A stretch of DNA of 62,574 nucleotides, counting the filler. It is 3 parts of 3 records of this genome, joined end to end, with 100 filler letters (N's around TTAATTAATTAA, not from the genome) between each part and the next. Parts side by side here need not be neighbours in the genome. Positions count along the whole stretch, not along the records: positions 52,718 to 62,574 come from SRR20825010_92; 2 more parts are not named here. One strand, 5' to 3'. Position numbers and translations under genes: made by a program. Numbering within the stretch: the stretch's first letter is position 1; the number at the start of each line of letters is the position of its first letter. Positions 53,395 through 62,574 of this stretch are shown piece after piece. The notes under the pieces are model-generated. The model was not told where the DNA came from. It searched no databases and saw only the letters and a list, made by a program, of their open reading frames with translations.

Positions 53395-54525
53395 ATGAAT
53401 CTTTCATTCTGGGAAAATAAAACGTGGTTTTCAGCTATAGATTTTGCAATTATAGGAAGTGGAATCGTTGGTTTAAACTGCGCGCTTTCACTTCGAAAAA
53501 AACACCCTAAAAGTAAAATTGTAGTTTTTGAACGCGGGATTCTTCCAAGTGGGGCGAGTACTAAAAATGCTGGTTTTGCTTGTTTTGGAAGTATTTCTGA
53601 AATTTTAGAAGACCTTAAAAATCATTCTGAGGAAGAGGTAATTCATCTTGTAAAAAATAGAGTAGAAGGATTGCAATTATTGCGAAATACCTTAGGCGAT
53701 ACGCAAATAGATTATCAAGAATATGGCGGATATGAACTTTTCACAAACGAAGATTCTGAGCTTTTTGAAACTTGTAAATTGAAACTTAAAACCGTAAATG
53801 AACTGTTGAAACCAATTTTTAATACCGACGTTTTTTCAGAAAAAGGGAATGATTTCGGGTTTAAAAACATTCAGTCTAACTTAATTTATAACAAATTTGA
53901 AGGTCAAATAGACACTGGAAAAATGATGCTTGGCTTGATTAAAAAAGCTTCAAAAGAGAATATTTTAATTTTAAATTCTTCTGAAATTTCTAATATTTCA
54001 GACAACGGCACTTCTGTTTCGCTAAGCATAAATTCCCACCAACATCCTCAAGGTGATATTACTGTAAAAAAAGTTTTTATAGCTACAAATGGCTTCGCAA
54101 AACAATTTTTGAAGGAAGATATAAAACCTGCCAGAGCACAAGTTTTAGTTACAAAACCAATTGAAAACTTAAAAATAAAGGGTACATTTCACCTTGATAA
54201 AGGGTATTATTATTTTAGAAATATTGAAAATAGAATACTTTTTGGAGGTGGTAGAAATCTTGATTTTAAAAAGGAAGAAACCACTGAAATGGAATTAACG
54301 CAACTAATTCAAAACAAGCTAGAGGAACTACTTAAAACAGTAATTTTACCGAATCAATCTTTTGAAGTAGCGCAACGTTGGAGCGGGATTATGGGCTTAG
54401 GAAAACAGAAGAAACCTATTATTAAAGCTGTTTCAAAAAATGTATTTTGTGGTGTCAGGCTTGGTGGAATGGGTGTTGCTATTGGTAGCTCCATCGGTAA
54501 ACAATTAGCTTCTTTATATGATTAA
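53395..54525 (+). CDS. FAD-dependent oxidoreductase (DAO family)
   Basis: IIGSGIVG, GASTKNAG, ATNGF, WSGIMG. Confidence 0.88.
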   Translation: MNLSFWENKTWFSAIDFAIIGSGIVGLNCALSLRKKHPKSKIVVFERGILPSGASTKNAGFACFGSISEILEDLKNHSEEEVIHLVKNRVEGLQLLRNTLGDTQIDYQEYGGYELFTNEDSELFETCKLKLKTVNELLKPIFNTDVFSEKGNDFGFKNIQSNLIYNKFEGQIDTGKMMLGLIKKASKENILILNSSEISNISDNGTSVSLSINSHQHPQGDITVKKVFIATNGFAKQFLKEDIKPARAQVLVTKPIENLKIKGTFHLDKGYYYFRNIENRILFGGGRNLDFKKEETTEMELTQLIQNKLEELLKTVILPNQSFEVAQRWSGIMGLGKQKKPIIKAVSKNVFCGVRLGGMGVAIGSSIGKQLASLYD

Positions 54526-55228
54526 AAAATTTATAAAATTTCTCTTCAAACTTTTTTTGTGGTTCATTGGGCTCTCAGGTTTATGGGTGCTTATCTATAA
54601 ATTTGTTCCTGTTCCATACACTCCGTTAATGGCAATTAGAGCTATTGAAGGAGACGAAAAATATGAAACGCGTCATGATTGGGTTCCCATAGAAGAGATT
54701 TCACCGTATCTGCAATTAGCAGTTATCTGTGCAGAGGATCAAACTTTTTTAAGTCACAGTGGTTTTGATCGTGAAGCAATAGAAAAAGCGTTAGAAAGTA
54801 ATGAAAAAGGTAAAAAATTACGTGGAGGAAGTACTATTTCGCAACAAACGGCAAAAAACGCTTTTTTGTGGCCAGAAAGAAGTTGGTTTAGAAAAGGTAT
54901 GGAAGCATACTTTACAGTACTCATTGAATTTCTTTGGAGTAAAGAGCGCATTTTGGAAGTATATTTAAATAGTATTGAAATGGGAAATGGCGTTTTTGGT
55001 GCGGAAGCTGCTTCACAATATTGGTTTCATAAGCCTGCAAAAAAATTAAGTACTGAAAATGCTGCTGCAATTGCTGCTATTTTACCAAGTCCACAGCGGT
55101 ATAAGGCCAACCCTGCTAGCGCATATGTGGCGCGAAGAACCCAATGGATTGTTCGCCAAATGCGCTATTATGGCCCTTTTAAACTAGAAGCCCAAAAACC
55201 TAAACCACAGAAGAAAAAGAAAAAATGA
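54518..55228 (+). CDS. mtgA: Monofunctional peptidoglycan transglycosylase
   Basis: AEDQTF..HSGFD, RGGSTISQQTAKN, RKGMEA, ILEVYLN. Confidence 0.95.
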   Translation: MIKKFIKFLFKLFLWFIGLSGLWVLIYKFVPVPYTPLMAIRAIEGDEKYETRHDWVPIEEISPYLQLAVICAEDQTFLSHSGFDREAIEKALESNEKGKKLRGGSTISQQTAKNAFLWPERSWFRKGMEAYFTVLIEFLWSKERILEVYLNSIEMGNGVFGAEAASQYWFHKPAKKLSTENAAAIAAILPSPQRYKANPASAYVARRTQWIVRQMRYYGPFKLEAQKPKPQKKKKK

Positions 55229-55683
55229 CCGTAGTAGAAATAAAATCTGAATTGCTACAACACTGCCAAAAGCAAGTTGATAATCGTTTTTCTAGAATTA
55301 AACAAACAATTGCCGATATTGAAGAGTCTCTTTTGGAAGAATCTAAAAGTAGCAGTGGCGATAAACACGAAACAGGACGTGCCATGCTTCAAATAGAACG
55401 TGAAAACGCTGGAAAACAATTGCAAGAAATTGAAAAAATAATTCCCTTGCTTAAAAAAATTGAAGTGGAAACTACTTCAGATTATGCGCGTTTGGGCAGT
55501 TTGGTTTATACTGATAAATTTAATTATTTTGTTAGCCTTTCTATTGGTGCTGTAACTGTTGAAAAGAAGGATTACCTCTGTGTTGCGCTAAATTCACCGG
55601 TTGGAATATTAATTTCAGGGAAGAAAAAAGGGGAGGTATTTAACCTAAATGGTTCGAGTTATAAAATTACGAGTGTAAAGTAA
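55225..55683 (+). CDS. GreA/GreB-like protein (coiled coil plus C-terminal domain)
   Basis: KSSSGDKHETGRAM, LGSLV, NSPVG..GKKKGE. Confidence 0.65.
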   Translation: MTVVEIKSELLQHCQKQVDNRFSRIKQTIADIEESLLEESKSSSGDKHETGRAMLQIERENAGKQLQEIEKIIPLLKKIEVETTSDYARLGSLVYTDKFNYFVSLSIGAVTVEKKDYLCVALNSPVGILISGKKKGEVFNLNGSSYKITSVK

Positions 55684-55692
55684 TACCGCTTT

Positions 55693-57927
55693 TTAAAAGT
55701 GTGCTTCTTTAACCAATTTTGGCATTTTTTCACTCATTGCAAGTAGCCATTTTAATTGTTCATGAACTAAATGTGCTTCTTCAATTTTTGAATGAAATTC
55801 AGCTAACTCTTCTTTTGTTTTATCAGCTTTTGAAAAGTGGATGTTTTTTTCAAAAGCCTCATTAAGAATCAATTCTGAGTCGATATTTTCTTCGTTTATT
55901 TCGGTAGTACTTTCTATTAAAATAGCTTCTGAAGCCAATAGGTTTTGAGTAATTCTTTTTGAAACTTTATTGAAATTCTTAGATGCTGGTGTTGTTGGAT
56001 TATTCAATATAAACGTACTGAGTGATGCTAAAGAAGATAAAAAAGTATGGTTTAAAACCGCAATTTCATAGATTTTATCTAAGTTTTTTTGCTTTGATTT
56101 TGGTTCCTGCGTCATTCTTTGAAAAGCCGAACTAAGATCGGACATTGCTAAAAAAGCTTGCTTTCGTGCTACTTTATACTCAGAAGAAAGACTTCCTTTA
56201 GTGTTATAAAAACCGACAATTTCTTTTAAATAAATTCTGTTCGATTTTATAGTTTCCATCAATGTATTCTGAATTCCCTGATTTTCCCATGCGGGCCAAA
56301 GCAGTAAATTTCCAAGAGTAGCAAGCCCAGCGCCAATTAAAGTATCCATAACGCGAAACTGGATTACATTAAAAATATCGGGTCTTAAAAGGGCATAAAT
56401 AAAAACGACACTCAAGGTAATAAATGTGGCGGCAGCTTTATAATTTCGTTGCACCATTGAGAACGCAATGACCAAAGTAACAATAGCCAAAATACCATAC
56501 ACAGTTTCATTTTGCGTAATTAAAACGATTCCTACCGCCAGCGCACCACCAATTAAAGTGCCGATAGTTCTTTCTATAGATCGCGTCTTTGTAAGCCCAA
56601 ACGTTGGGCGCATAATTACAATGAGGGTGAGCAAAATCCAATATGGGTTTTGAACCGAAAAAAGCATTCCTACGCCATAGCCAATCATTGTCATAACACC
56701 GAGGCGCAACGAATGTTTAAAAATAGGGGAGCGGAGATTAAAATTTTCAAACAGGATATTTAAGTCGTACTTCTGTTTTGTTAAAAACCTCTTTGAATCT
56801 TCTTTTTTGATCATGGATATTTCACGCTGTGCAGGATTTTTCAGCAACCATTCTATTTTTTCAATTTTCTTTATTTGCTCTTTTTGATATTTAAAAAGGT
56901 TTTTAAGCATTAGCAAATTTTCGTCAAATCCTTCTGTTGTTTTTGATTTATAATGCGCTATTTCTTGATTTATTTTCTCTTGAAATTCTTTAATCTTTGC
57001 ACTTTTCCGAAGTTTTTTTGGTGTTGAAAAAGTTATTGCAATTGCGTTTAATCTACTCGCCATTGCAAAAAGTAAGCTCTGAAAATCTTTTAATTGTTTA
57101 GGATTTTTTTTGAACAGTTCATCCGTTTTAGAATAGTTTACTGGGTTTGCCATTGCCAACTCTAGCATGTCAACCAATTGCACAAAAATGAGCAACCGTT
57201 TTCCTTCATAATTAGATTTTCCAGAAACTGTTCTAGAGGTTATTAAAATATCGCGAAGGGTTTCGTGTGTTGCCGTAAGTTCAGTTTGTATATTCAATAA
57301 AGTTTTTAGAAGTTCCGTTCTATCTTTACTTTCAGCTACAAGTTCGCCACGAATTTTTAAATAATCTGCAGTTAATTTCAGTGTTCTTGAAAGGTAATAT
57401 TCTGTTGGAGCTTTTGGAAAAATTGAATGCCGAAGTAGTGAAAGCAAGGCGTACCAAAGTCCTCCAATTCCAATAAGCAACATTCTTTCATACGGTTGCA
57501 TTCCGTTAGAAATCTCCGAAAAACTTAAAACCAATGCTAAAAGTCCGGAAAAACTTATAAGCGATGCGCGAAAACCATATATGGCAGTATATGATATACA
57601 GAACATTAAAATTCCCAAAATGGGAAATAGTAACCACAGCGAAACATGAAGATAGCCGCCAATTAAACTTACAAGCATTGCCAAAAGTGTGGCGAGTAAA
57701 ACACCTGTAATTTTATGACGAATACTACCACTTACATCACTTGGGGAAGCGAGCAAGGCACCAACGCTAACGGTTATTCCAACTGAAAGTACATTTAATT
57801 TTACACCAATAATTATAGGGATTGTAAGTGCAATTCCCAAAAGAATTGCTTTTGAAAAATCGGTGCTTTTAAAGTACTCCGTTAGGTCTTTAAATGCCGT
57901 TGCGATACTAATTTTTGAAGTTTTCAC
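55693..57927 (-). CDS. FUSC/YccS family membrane protein
   Basis: N-terminal TM block, FKHSLR, YWILLT..MRP, RTIGTLIG, RVMDTLIG. Confidence 0.88.
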   Translation of the reverse strand: MKTSKISIATAFKDLTEYFKSTDFSKAILLGIALTIPIIIGVKLNVLSVGITVSVGALLASPSDVSGSIRHKITGVLLATLLAMLVSLIGGYLHVSLWLLFPILGILMFCISYTAIYGFRASLISFSGLLALVLSFSEISNGMQPYERMLLIGIGGLWYALLSLLRHSIFPKAPTEYYLSRTLKLTADYLKIRGELVAESKDRTELLKTLLNIQTELTATHETLRDILITSRTVSGKSNYEGKRLLIFVQLVDMLELAMANPVNYSKTDELFKKNPKQLKDFQSLLFAMASRLNAIAITFSTPKKLRKSAKIKEFQEKINQEIAHYKSKTTEGFDENLLMLKNLFKYQKEQIKKIEKIEWLLKNPAQREISMIKKEDSKRFLTKQKYDLNILFENFNLRSPIFKHSLRLGVMTMIGYGVGMLFSVQNPYWILLTLIVIMRPTFGLTKTRSIERTIGTLIGGALAVGIVLITQNETVYGILAIVTLVIAFSMVQRNYKAAATFITLSVVFIYALLRPDIFNVIQFRVMDTLIGAGLATLGNLLLWPAWENQGIQNTLMETIKSNRIYLKEIVGFYNTKGSLSSEYKVARKQAFLAMSDLSSAFQRMTQEPKSKQKNLDKIYEIAVLNHTFLSSLASLSTFILNNPTTPASKNFNKVSKRITQNLLASEAILIESTTEINEENIDSELILNEAFEKNIHFSKADKTKEELAEFHSKIEEAHLVHEQLKWLLAMSEKMPKLVKEAHF

Positions 57928-57948
57928 TAGAATGCATTTCTATAGCTG

Positions 57949-57956
57949 CAAAGATA
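57949..57956 (-). promoter_or_regulatory. Bacteroidota -7 promoter box
   Basis: TATCTTTG on the minus strand before the FUSC gene. Confidence 0.55.
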
Positions 57957-58012
57957 TTGCGTGCATTCCTTAAGTTCGTTAATCTTATCAGAAAAGAAAA
58001 ATTAACTTGATT

Positions 58013-58948
58013 TTAGAGATGCTTTTTTAACCAGAATTTCTCACCTAATTTCAAAGAAGATTGGTGATTAAAAAAAATGGATTTATTGTTATAAATTGCT
58101 TCAATAAGAAAGTGATTGCCTTTGTAATAGCATTTTTTAATAACTACATTTAGTTTCGTTTTTTCTTCTGAAATCGTTAATTCATGTGGAAAAACTATGC
58201 TATTTTCAGAAGACAATTTTTTTTGTGATACTAAATTAGCATTGCCAAAAAAACTAGCTTGGTATTCCGTTGAAACATTTTCATAAATATACTGCGGTGT
58301 GCCAAACATTTCTTCAGTACCATTCTTCAACATTAAAATATGATCTGAAAAAGCCAAAGCTTCTTCACTATCATGGGTTGCAGTAATACAACCAATTTTA
58401 TTTTCTTTTAGATAACTGAAAATTTTTCGCTGTAATTTATTTTTTCTAAAGGTGTCTATATTACTGAAAGGTTCATCCAACAAAAGGATTTCGGGTTCGT
58501 TTGCCAATGCTTTTGCAAGTGCAACACGTTGTTTTTGTCCACCACTTAAACTTTTAATTAATGTATGTTTGAAAGTTTCCATTTCAACAACTTCGAGTAG
58601 CTCATTTATTCTTTTCTCGTCCTTTTCTTCATCTAATCCCGATAGGTGAGAACCCAAATTTTCGGCAACAGTTGTAAAAGGCATAATGTTGAATTCCTGT
58701 GCGACAAGCTTCATGAATTTTTCGCCAGGAATGAGTGTTTTTGTTGGGCCGAGTAATTGTTTTTCGTTGAAATAAATACATCCATTTTCTAGATGGAGCA
58801 AGCCGTAAACAATATGCAAAAGGGTAGATTTTCCACAACCACTTTCACCTAAAATACTTAAATGCGCACCAGGATTTAGGGTAAAATGGATGTTTTTTAA
58901 AATGATTTTATCAGCGTATGAAAAGGAATCGATTTCAACTTTTAGCAT
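58013..58948 (-). CDS. ABC transporter ATP-binding protein
   Basis: GESGCGKST, LSGGQKQR, LLDEPF, THD. Confidence 0.92.
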   Translation of the reverse strand: MLKVEIDSFSYADKIILKNIHFTLNPGAHLSILGESGCGKSTLLHIVYGLLHLENGCIYFNEKQLLGPTKTLIPGEKFMKLVAQEFNIMPFTTVAENLGSHLSGLDEEKDEKRINELLEVVEMETFKHTLIKSLSGGQKQRVALAKALANEPEILLLDEPFSNIDTFRKNKLQRKIFSYLKENKIGCITATHDSEEALAFSDHILMLKNGTEEMFGTPQYIYENVSTEYQASFFGNANLVSQKKLSSENSIVFPHELTISEEKTKLNVVIKKCYYKGNHFLIEAIYNNKSIFFNHQSSLKLGEKFWLKKHL

Positions 58949-58960
58949 AGTTTAAAAATT

Positions 58961-59356
58961 TTATTTTGCCAAAATTCCTTCACTTTCCATTACCGGAATT
59001 TCAGTGCCATTTTTTTCAGAAATACTATTTGGCTCAAAAATAAATTTTCGTTCATATAATTTATTTTCAGCAAAGAAAGTCACTAAATATTCATTTGTAA
59101 ATTCTAAAACTTCAGAAGTAATAAATTCAATTTTAGCAGCAGTTTTTGGCGCTATATTCCCCAAATTGTGACGTAATGTTGACGTTTTTTTGTCTTCACT
59201 TTTACCACGAGACAGAACCAATACAGTATTGATAGTATCTTCACGGTTATTTATAAAATATACATTCCATTGCTTTTCTGTAAAATCTTTATCCCATTCT
59301 TTTACAGCGGCAATGTAACTATTTTCAACCTTTGGGATTTCAATATCCTTACGCAT
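58961..59356 (-). CDS. Conserved hypothetical protein
   Basis: 131-aa ORF (MRKDIEIP..KTSTLRH) in operon with pheS. Confidence 0.7.
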   Translation of the reverse strand: MRKDIEIPKVENSYIAAVKEWDKDFTEKQWNVYFINNREDTINTVLVLSRGKSEDKKTSTLRHNLGNIAPKTAAKIEFITSEVLEFTNEYLVTFFAENKLYERKFIFEPNSISEKNGTEIPVMESEGILAK

Positions 59357-59407
59357 CGTTTATTTGTCTTACGTTATAAAGTAGCAGTTTAATGTTTTGT
59401 AGTTATT

Positions 59408-60427
59408 TTAAAGCACACTTTTAAACTGTTCCAAAAAGCGGACATCATTTTCGCTAAACATTCTAATATCTGGAATTTGGTGTAGTAGCATTGCAATTCG
59501 GTCTATTCCCACGCCAAAGGCAAAACCTGAGTATTCTTCAGGGTCGATACCACAATTTTTTAGCACATTTGGATCTACCATTCCACAGCCACCAATTTCT
59601 AACCAGCCTGTTCCTTTTGTAATTCTATAATCTGCTTCCGTTTCTAAACCCCAGTAAACATCGACCTCGGCACTTGGTTCTGTAAATGGAAAATAGGAGG
59701 GGCGCAGTCTAATTTTTGATTTCCCAAACATTTCGGTAGTGAAATACTGTAGCGTTTGTTTCAAATCTGCAAAACTTACGCCTTTATCCACATAAAGTCC
59801 TTCCACTTGGTGGAAAAAGCAATGCGAACGTGCTGAAATGGCTTCATTTCTATATACGCGACCTGGAGAAATAGTACGAATAGGGGGTTTATTTTCTTCC
59901 ATATACCGAACCTGTACCGATGAGGTGTGGGTGCGTAGTAAAACATCTGGATTTGTCTGAATAAAAAACGTATCCTGCATATCGCGCGCAGGGTGATATT
60001 CTGGCAGGTTTAATGCAGTAAAGTTATGCCAATCGTCTTCAATTTCTGGTCCTTCAGAAACGTTAAAACCAATGCGTAAAAAGATGTCTATAAGTTTATT
60101 TTTTACGATTGAAATAGGATGACGCGACCCCAACGGAATTGATTCTCCAGGACGTGAAAGGTCCCCGTAAACACCTTTAGTTTCTGTATTGTTTTCAATT
60201 GCTTCTTTAAGCGAATCTACTTTTTGCTGTGCAGCATTTTTAAGGGTGTTTATAACCTGCCCGAATTCCTTTTTTTGATCGTTAGACACGTTTTTAAATT
60301 CGGCGAAAAAATCATTTAAAAGTCCTTTTTTGCCTAGATATTTTATACGGAAGTTTTCAATTTCTTCTTTGTTTGTTGAAGAAAATGCATTTACTTCTGC
60401 AATATGTGTTTTTATTGTTTCTATCAT
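59408..60427 (-). CDS. pheS: Phenylalanine--tRNA ligase alpha subunit
   Basis: HPARDMQDTF, LRTHTS, FHQVEG, SYFPFTEPS, GCGMV, GFAFG. Confidence 0.98.
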   Translation of the reverse strand: MIETIKTHIAEVNAFSSTNKEEIENFRIKYLGKKGLLNDFFAEFKNVSNDQKKEFGQVINTLKNAAQQKVDSLKEAIENNTETKGVYGDLSRPGESIPLGSRHPISIVKNKLIDIFLRIGFNVSEGPEIEDDWHNFTALNLPEYHPARDMQDTFFIQTNPDVLLRTHTSSVQVRYMEENKPPIRTISPGRVYRNEAISARSHCFFHQVEGLYVDKGVSFADLKQTLQYFTTEMFGKSKIRLRPSYFPFTEPSAEVDVYWGLETEADYRITKGTGWLEIGGCGMVDPNVLKNCGIDPEEYSGFAFGVGIDRIAMLLHQIPDIRMFSENDVRFLEQFKSVL

Positions 60428-60671
60428 TTTACTTTTATTTTTGCCAGAAGTTTCCTGTTGTTTTCTGGCTGAAAGAGCATTAAATACTGCCGTTTTATAT
60501 ATTGTCCCTTTTGTTTTGCAACATTATTAATTTTTCTGTAAAGTTTCTAATATTTTTAAGGTTTTGTAGCTTGTTTCAGACAGTTAGCGTTTAAAATTTT
60601 GTTGAAAACCTGAAACGGTTTTTTAGTGCGACAAAAACTTAATGAAACCTATGTTAAGTTATTGAGAGTAA

Positions 60672-61028
60672 TTATACAATCACTTCCTTTTCAATAAAAT
60701 ATTGTACAATAGCTTCTTTCATTAAAACACTTTGTTCGCCTGCTTTAAGGGTAGGCAATTGTTCTAAAATTTTATAATGCGGCCAACCTTGTTCGTCAAA
60801 ATATTCAAATTCATAATATCCATAAGGTTCTAAAAGACGGCAGATAGCAATGTGCATCAAGTTTAATTTTTCATCTTTTTTGAACTTTCTATGGAGTTGC
60901 CCCAATTCTTGTATGCCTACCAAATAAATGATAGCGTCCAAATCTAAAGTTTGTCCATCAGCAAAACGGTCGCCAAGCATATTCACTACTGCTTCCCATC
61001 GTTCCTTTAATTGTTCGTCGCGCGCCAT
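60672..61028 (-). CDS. Conserved hypothetical protein
   Basis: 118-aa ORF (GIQELG, MHIAIC, GWPH) preceded by TATCTTTG at 61050-61057. Confidence 0.75.
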   Translation of the reverse strand: MARDEQLKERWEAVVNMLGDRFADGQTLDLDAIIYLVGIQELGQLHRKFKKDEKLNLMHIAICRLLEPYGYYEFEYFDEQGWPHYKILEQLPTLKAGEQSVLMKEAIVQYFIEKEVIV

Positions 61029-61132
61029 TTTTCATAAATTAATTAGCTGCAAAGATACATTTTACAATTCTGAATTTTCATTTCAGAAATCAGAATTTGG
61101 AAAGTAGTATATTTATAAAAAATTTATTCTAC

Positions 61133-61690
61133 ATGAACACGATAGACATTGTTATAGGCATCATTTTGATAATTGCATTTTTTATGGGTTTTAGCAAAGG
61201 TTTGTTGCGGTCGCTTGCATCGTTAGTTGGGATTGTAGTTGGCGTTTATTGCGCTATGTTTTTTTCAGGTTTTGTAGGCGAGTATCTTATTGCTTGGTTT
61301 AATTTGAGTGAAGGAACAACAAGTGTCGTTTCATTTATTGTTACTTTTTTATTAATAATGATTTTGTTCAGTCTCCTAGGAAAAATATTGACAAAAGTTG
61401 CCGATTTTGCAATGTTGGGTATTTTTAATAAACTCCTTGGAGGTGCTTTTAACGTGTTGAAATTTGCATTTTTAATCAGTGTAGTTTTTATGTTTGTTAA
61501 CGCTTCAGAAAGCTATAGAATTCTTTCAGAAGAACAACGCGATGCTTCTGTATTATATACTCCAGTAGCAATGATTGCTCCTGCAATTTTGCCTACACTA
61601 ATGAAGGAAGTCGAAGAATTTAACGATAGCGATTATGATATTTTAAATGAAAAAAGCCCCGTAGAAACGGAGCTTGAATCTGAAAATTAA
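61133..61690 (+). CDS. cvpA: CvpA (colicin V production) family protein
   Basis: DIVIGII..GFSKG, NKLLGGAF, four TM segments; start set at MNTID. Confidence 0.85.
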   Translation: MNTIDIVIGIILIIAFFMGFSKGLLRSLASLVGIVVGVYCAMFFSGFVGEYLIAWFNLSEGTTSVVSFIVTFLLIMILFSLLGKILTKVADFAMLGIFNKLLGGAFNVLKFAFLISVVFMFVNASESYRILSEEQRDASVLYTPVAMIAPAILPTLMKEVEEFNDSDYDILNEKSPVETELESEN

Positions 61691-61696
61691 TAAGTT

Positions 61697-62574
61697 TTAA
61701 CTTATATCTTTTACGTTTTCTTTCGCATATAGTAATGCTTCTTCAAAAGTTTCAAATATTCTATCTTTTGGAACTAAATCTGGAATGATATCAATTTTTT
61801 CCATCATAACGCGTGGTTGCGTCTGAAGGTTTTCAAGAATAGTTTTAATTCCTTTTCTTGAAATATTCATCAATACTTCTTCCAAAGCGTACAAACCCGA
61901 TTGATCAATGTATGGTGTTTTCCCCATCCTGATAATTACATGTGTTGCTGTATCAGGAAGTTCATTTGCTAATTTTTGAAAATCTGAGGTATACCCAAAA
62001 AACAATGGTCCTTCCAAACGTTTTATAAACACTTCTTCTTTAAGGTTTTCAGGGAAATTTAATTCATCTTTCCAAGCAACAGAAAGTTCATCCGCATTTT
62101 TAAGTTGAACTAGTTTAGATTGGTCAGCGGTTAAGTCTCCAATTTTTTTCATAAATATAATTGAAGCTAAAACGAGCCCAATTCCTACGGCATATACCAA
62201 GTTCCAAAACACAGAAAGTAGCATTACTACAATCATAATGGTTACTTCGGCTTTTTGCATTTTTGGAATTGCTTTTAGTCCTTTATAATCCATTACACCG
62301 ATCCCAACAGTTATCAAAATCCCTGCAAGTACAGCCGCTGGAATTTGAGAAGCTATTGGGCCTAACGCCAATAAAATAACGAGCAGTAATACTGCGGCTA
62401 CCATTCCTGAAAGTTTGGTTGTTCCTCCAGCATTTATGTTTACAACGGTACGAATTGTTGCCCCCGCTCCTGGAATACCTCCAAAAATTGCAGCTACACT
62501 ATTACCAATCCCTTGCCCCATCAATTCCTGATTCGGGTTGTGTTTGGTTTTAGTCATATTGTCTGCAACTACAG
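61697..62574 (-). CDS. SulP family inorganic anion transporter with STAS domain (5'-partial)
   Basis: NQELMGQG, GAGATIRT, IPAAVLAGIL, GPLFFG, YIDQSG. Confidence 0.92.
   Translation of the reverse strand, partial: VVADNMTKTKHNPNQELMGQGIGNSVAAIFGGIPGAGATIRTVVNINAGGTTKLSGMVAAVLLLVILLALGPIASQIPAAVLAGILITVGIGVMDYKGLKAIPKMQKAEVTIMIVVMLLSVFWNLVYAVGIGLVLASIIFMKKIGDLTADQSKLVQLKNADELSVAWKDELNFPENLKEEVFIKRLEGPLFFGYTSDFQKLANELPDTATHVIIRMGKTPYIDQSGLYALEEVLMNISRKGIKTILENLQTQPRVMMEKIDIIPDLVPKDRIFETFEEALLYAKENVKDIS

Noticed and set aside
60428-60671. Possible pheM-like attenuator upstream of pheS (GCCAGAA...TTCTGGC stem)
   Set aside because: No Phe-rich leader peptide or terminator/antiterminator pair found
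52718-62574. Contig 3 as a source of novel systems
   Set aside because: Ordinary Flavobacteriaceae-type housekeeping gene content; no mobile, repeat or defence signals seen

Overview
The window is three unrelated contigs joined by two artificial 100-nt linkers (N44-TTAATTAATTAA-N44 at 22974-23073 and 52618-52717). Contig 1 (1-22973) is Flavobacteriaceae-like. It has an ECF sigma/FecR/TonB-dependent receptor trio, divergent from a thioredoxin-apbE-DUF4266-DUF3570-LtaS-like-DAG kinase operon, and both directions share the promoter motif AATAGGGTG-N13-CTGTC. It also has a decayed tyrosine integrase beside an attP-like site, a partial T2SS-like gene set, a T9SS type-B cargo protein, a CAAX protease, and an Rhs protein whose tip looks like an ADP-ribosyl-cyclase-fold NADase, followed by its probable immunity gene. 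Contig 2 (23074-52617) is GC-rich and alphaproteobacterial-like. It carries a tRNA-Met 3' end, a decayed tRNA-Thr(UGU) with an intact promoter, and a Wzm/Wzt polysaccharide cluster with two sulfotransferases. It then has a Fur-boxed FecI/FecR/receptor/esterase/fhuCDB siderophore cassette, an ANTAR-leader FNT-(PP2C/kinase, amber-interrupted)-cynS operon, nasTS and the start of nrtA. Contig 3 (52718-62574) is AT-rich Flavobacteriaceae-like housekeeping DNA (accC, mtgA, pheS, cvpA, SulP). No CRISPR array or rRNA was seen. All family calls come from motif recognition by eye, not database searches.
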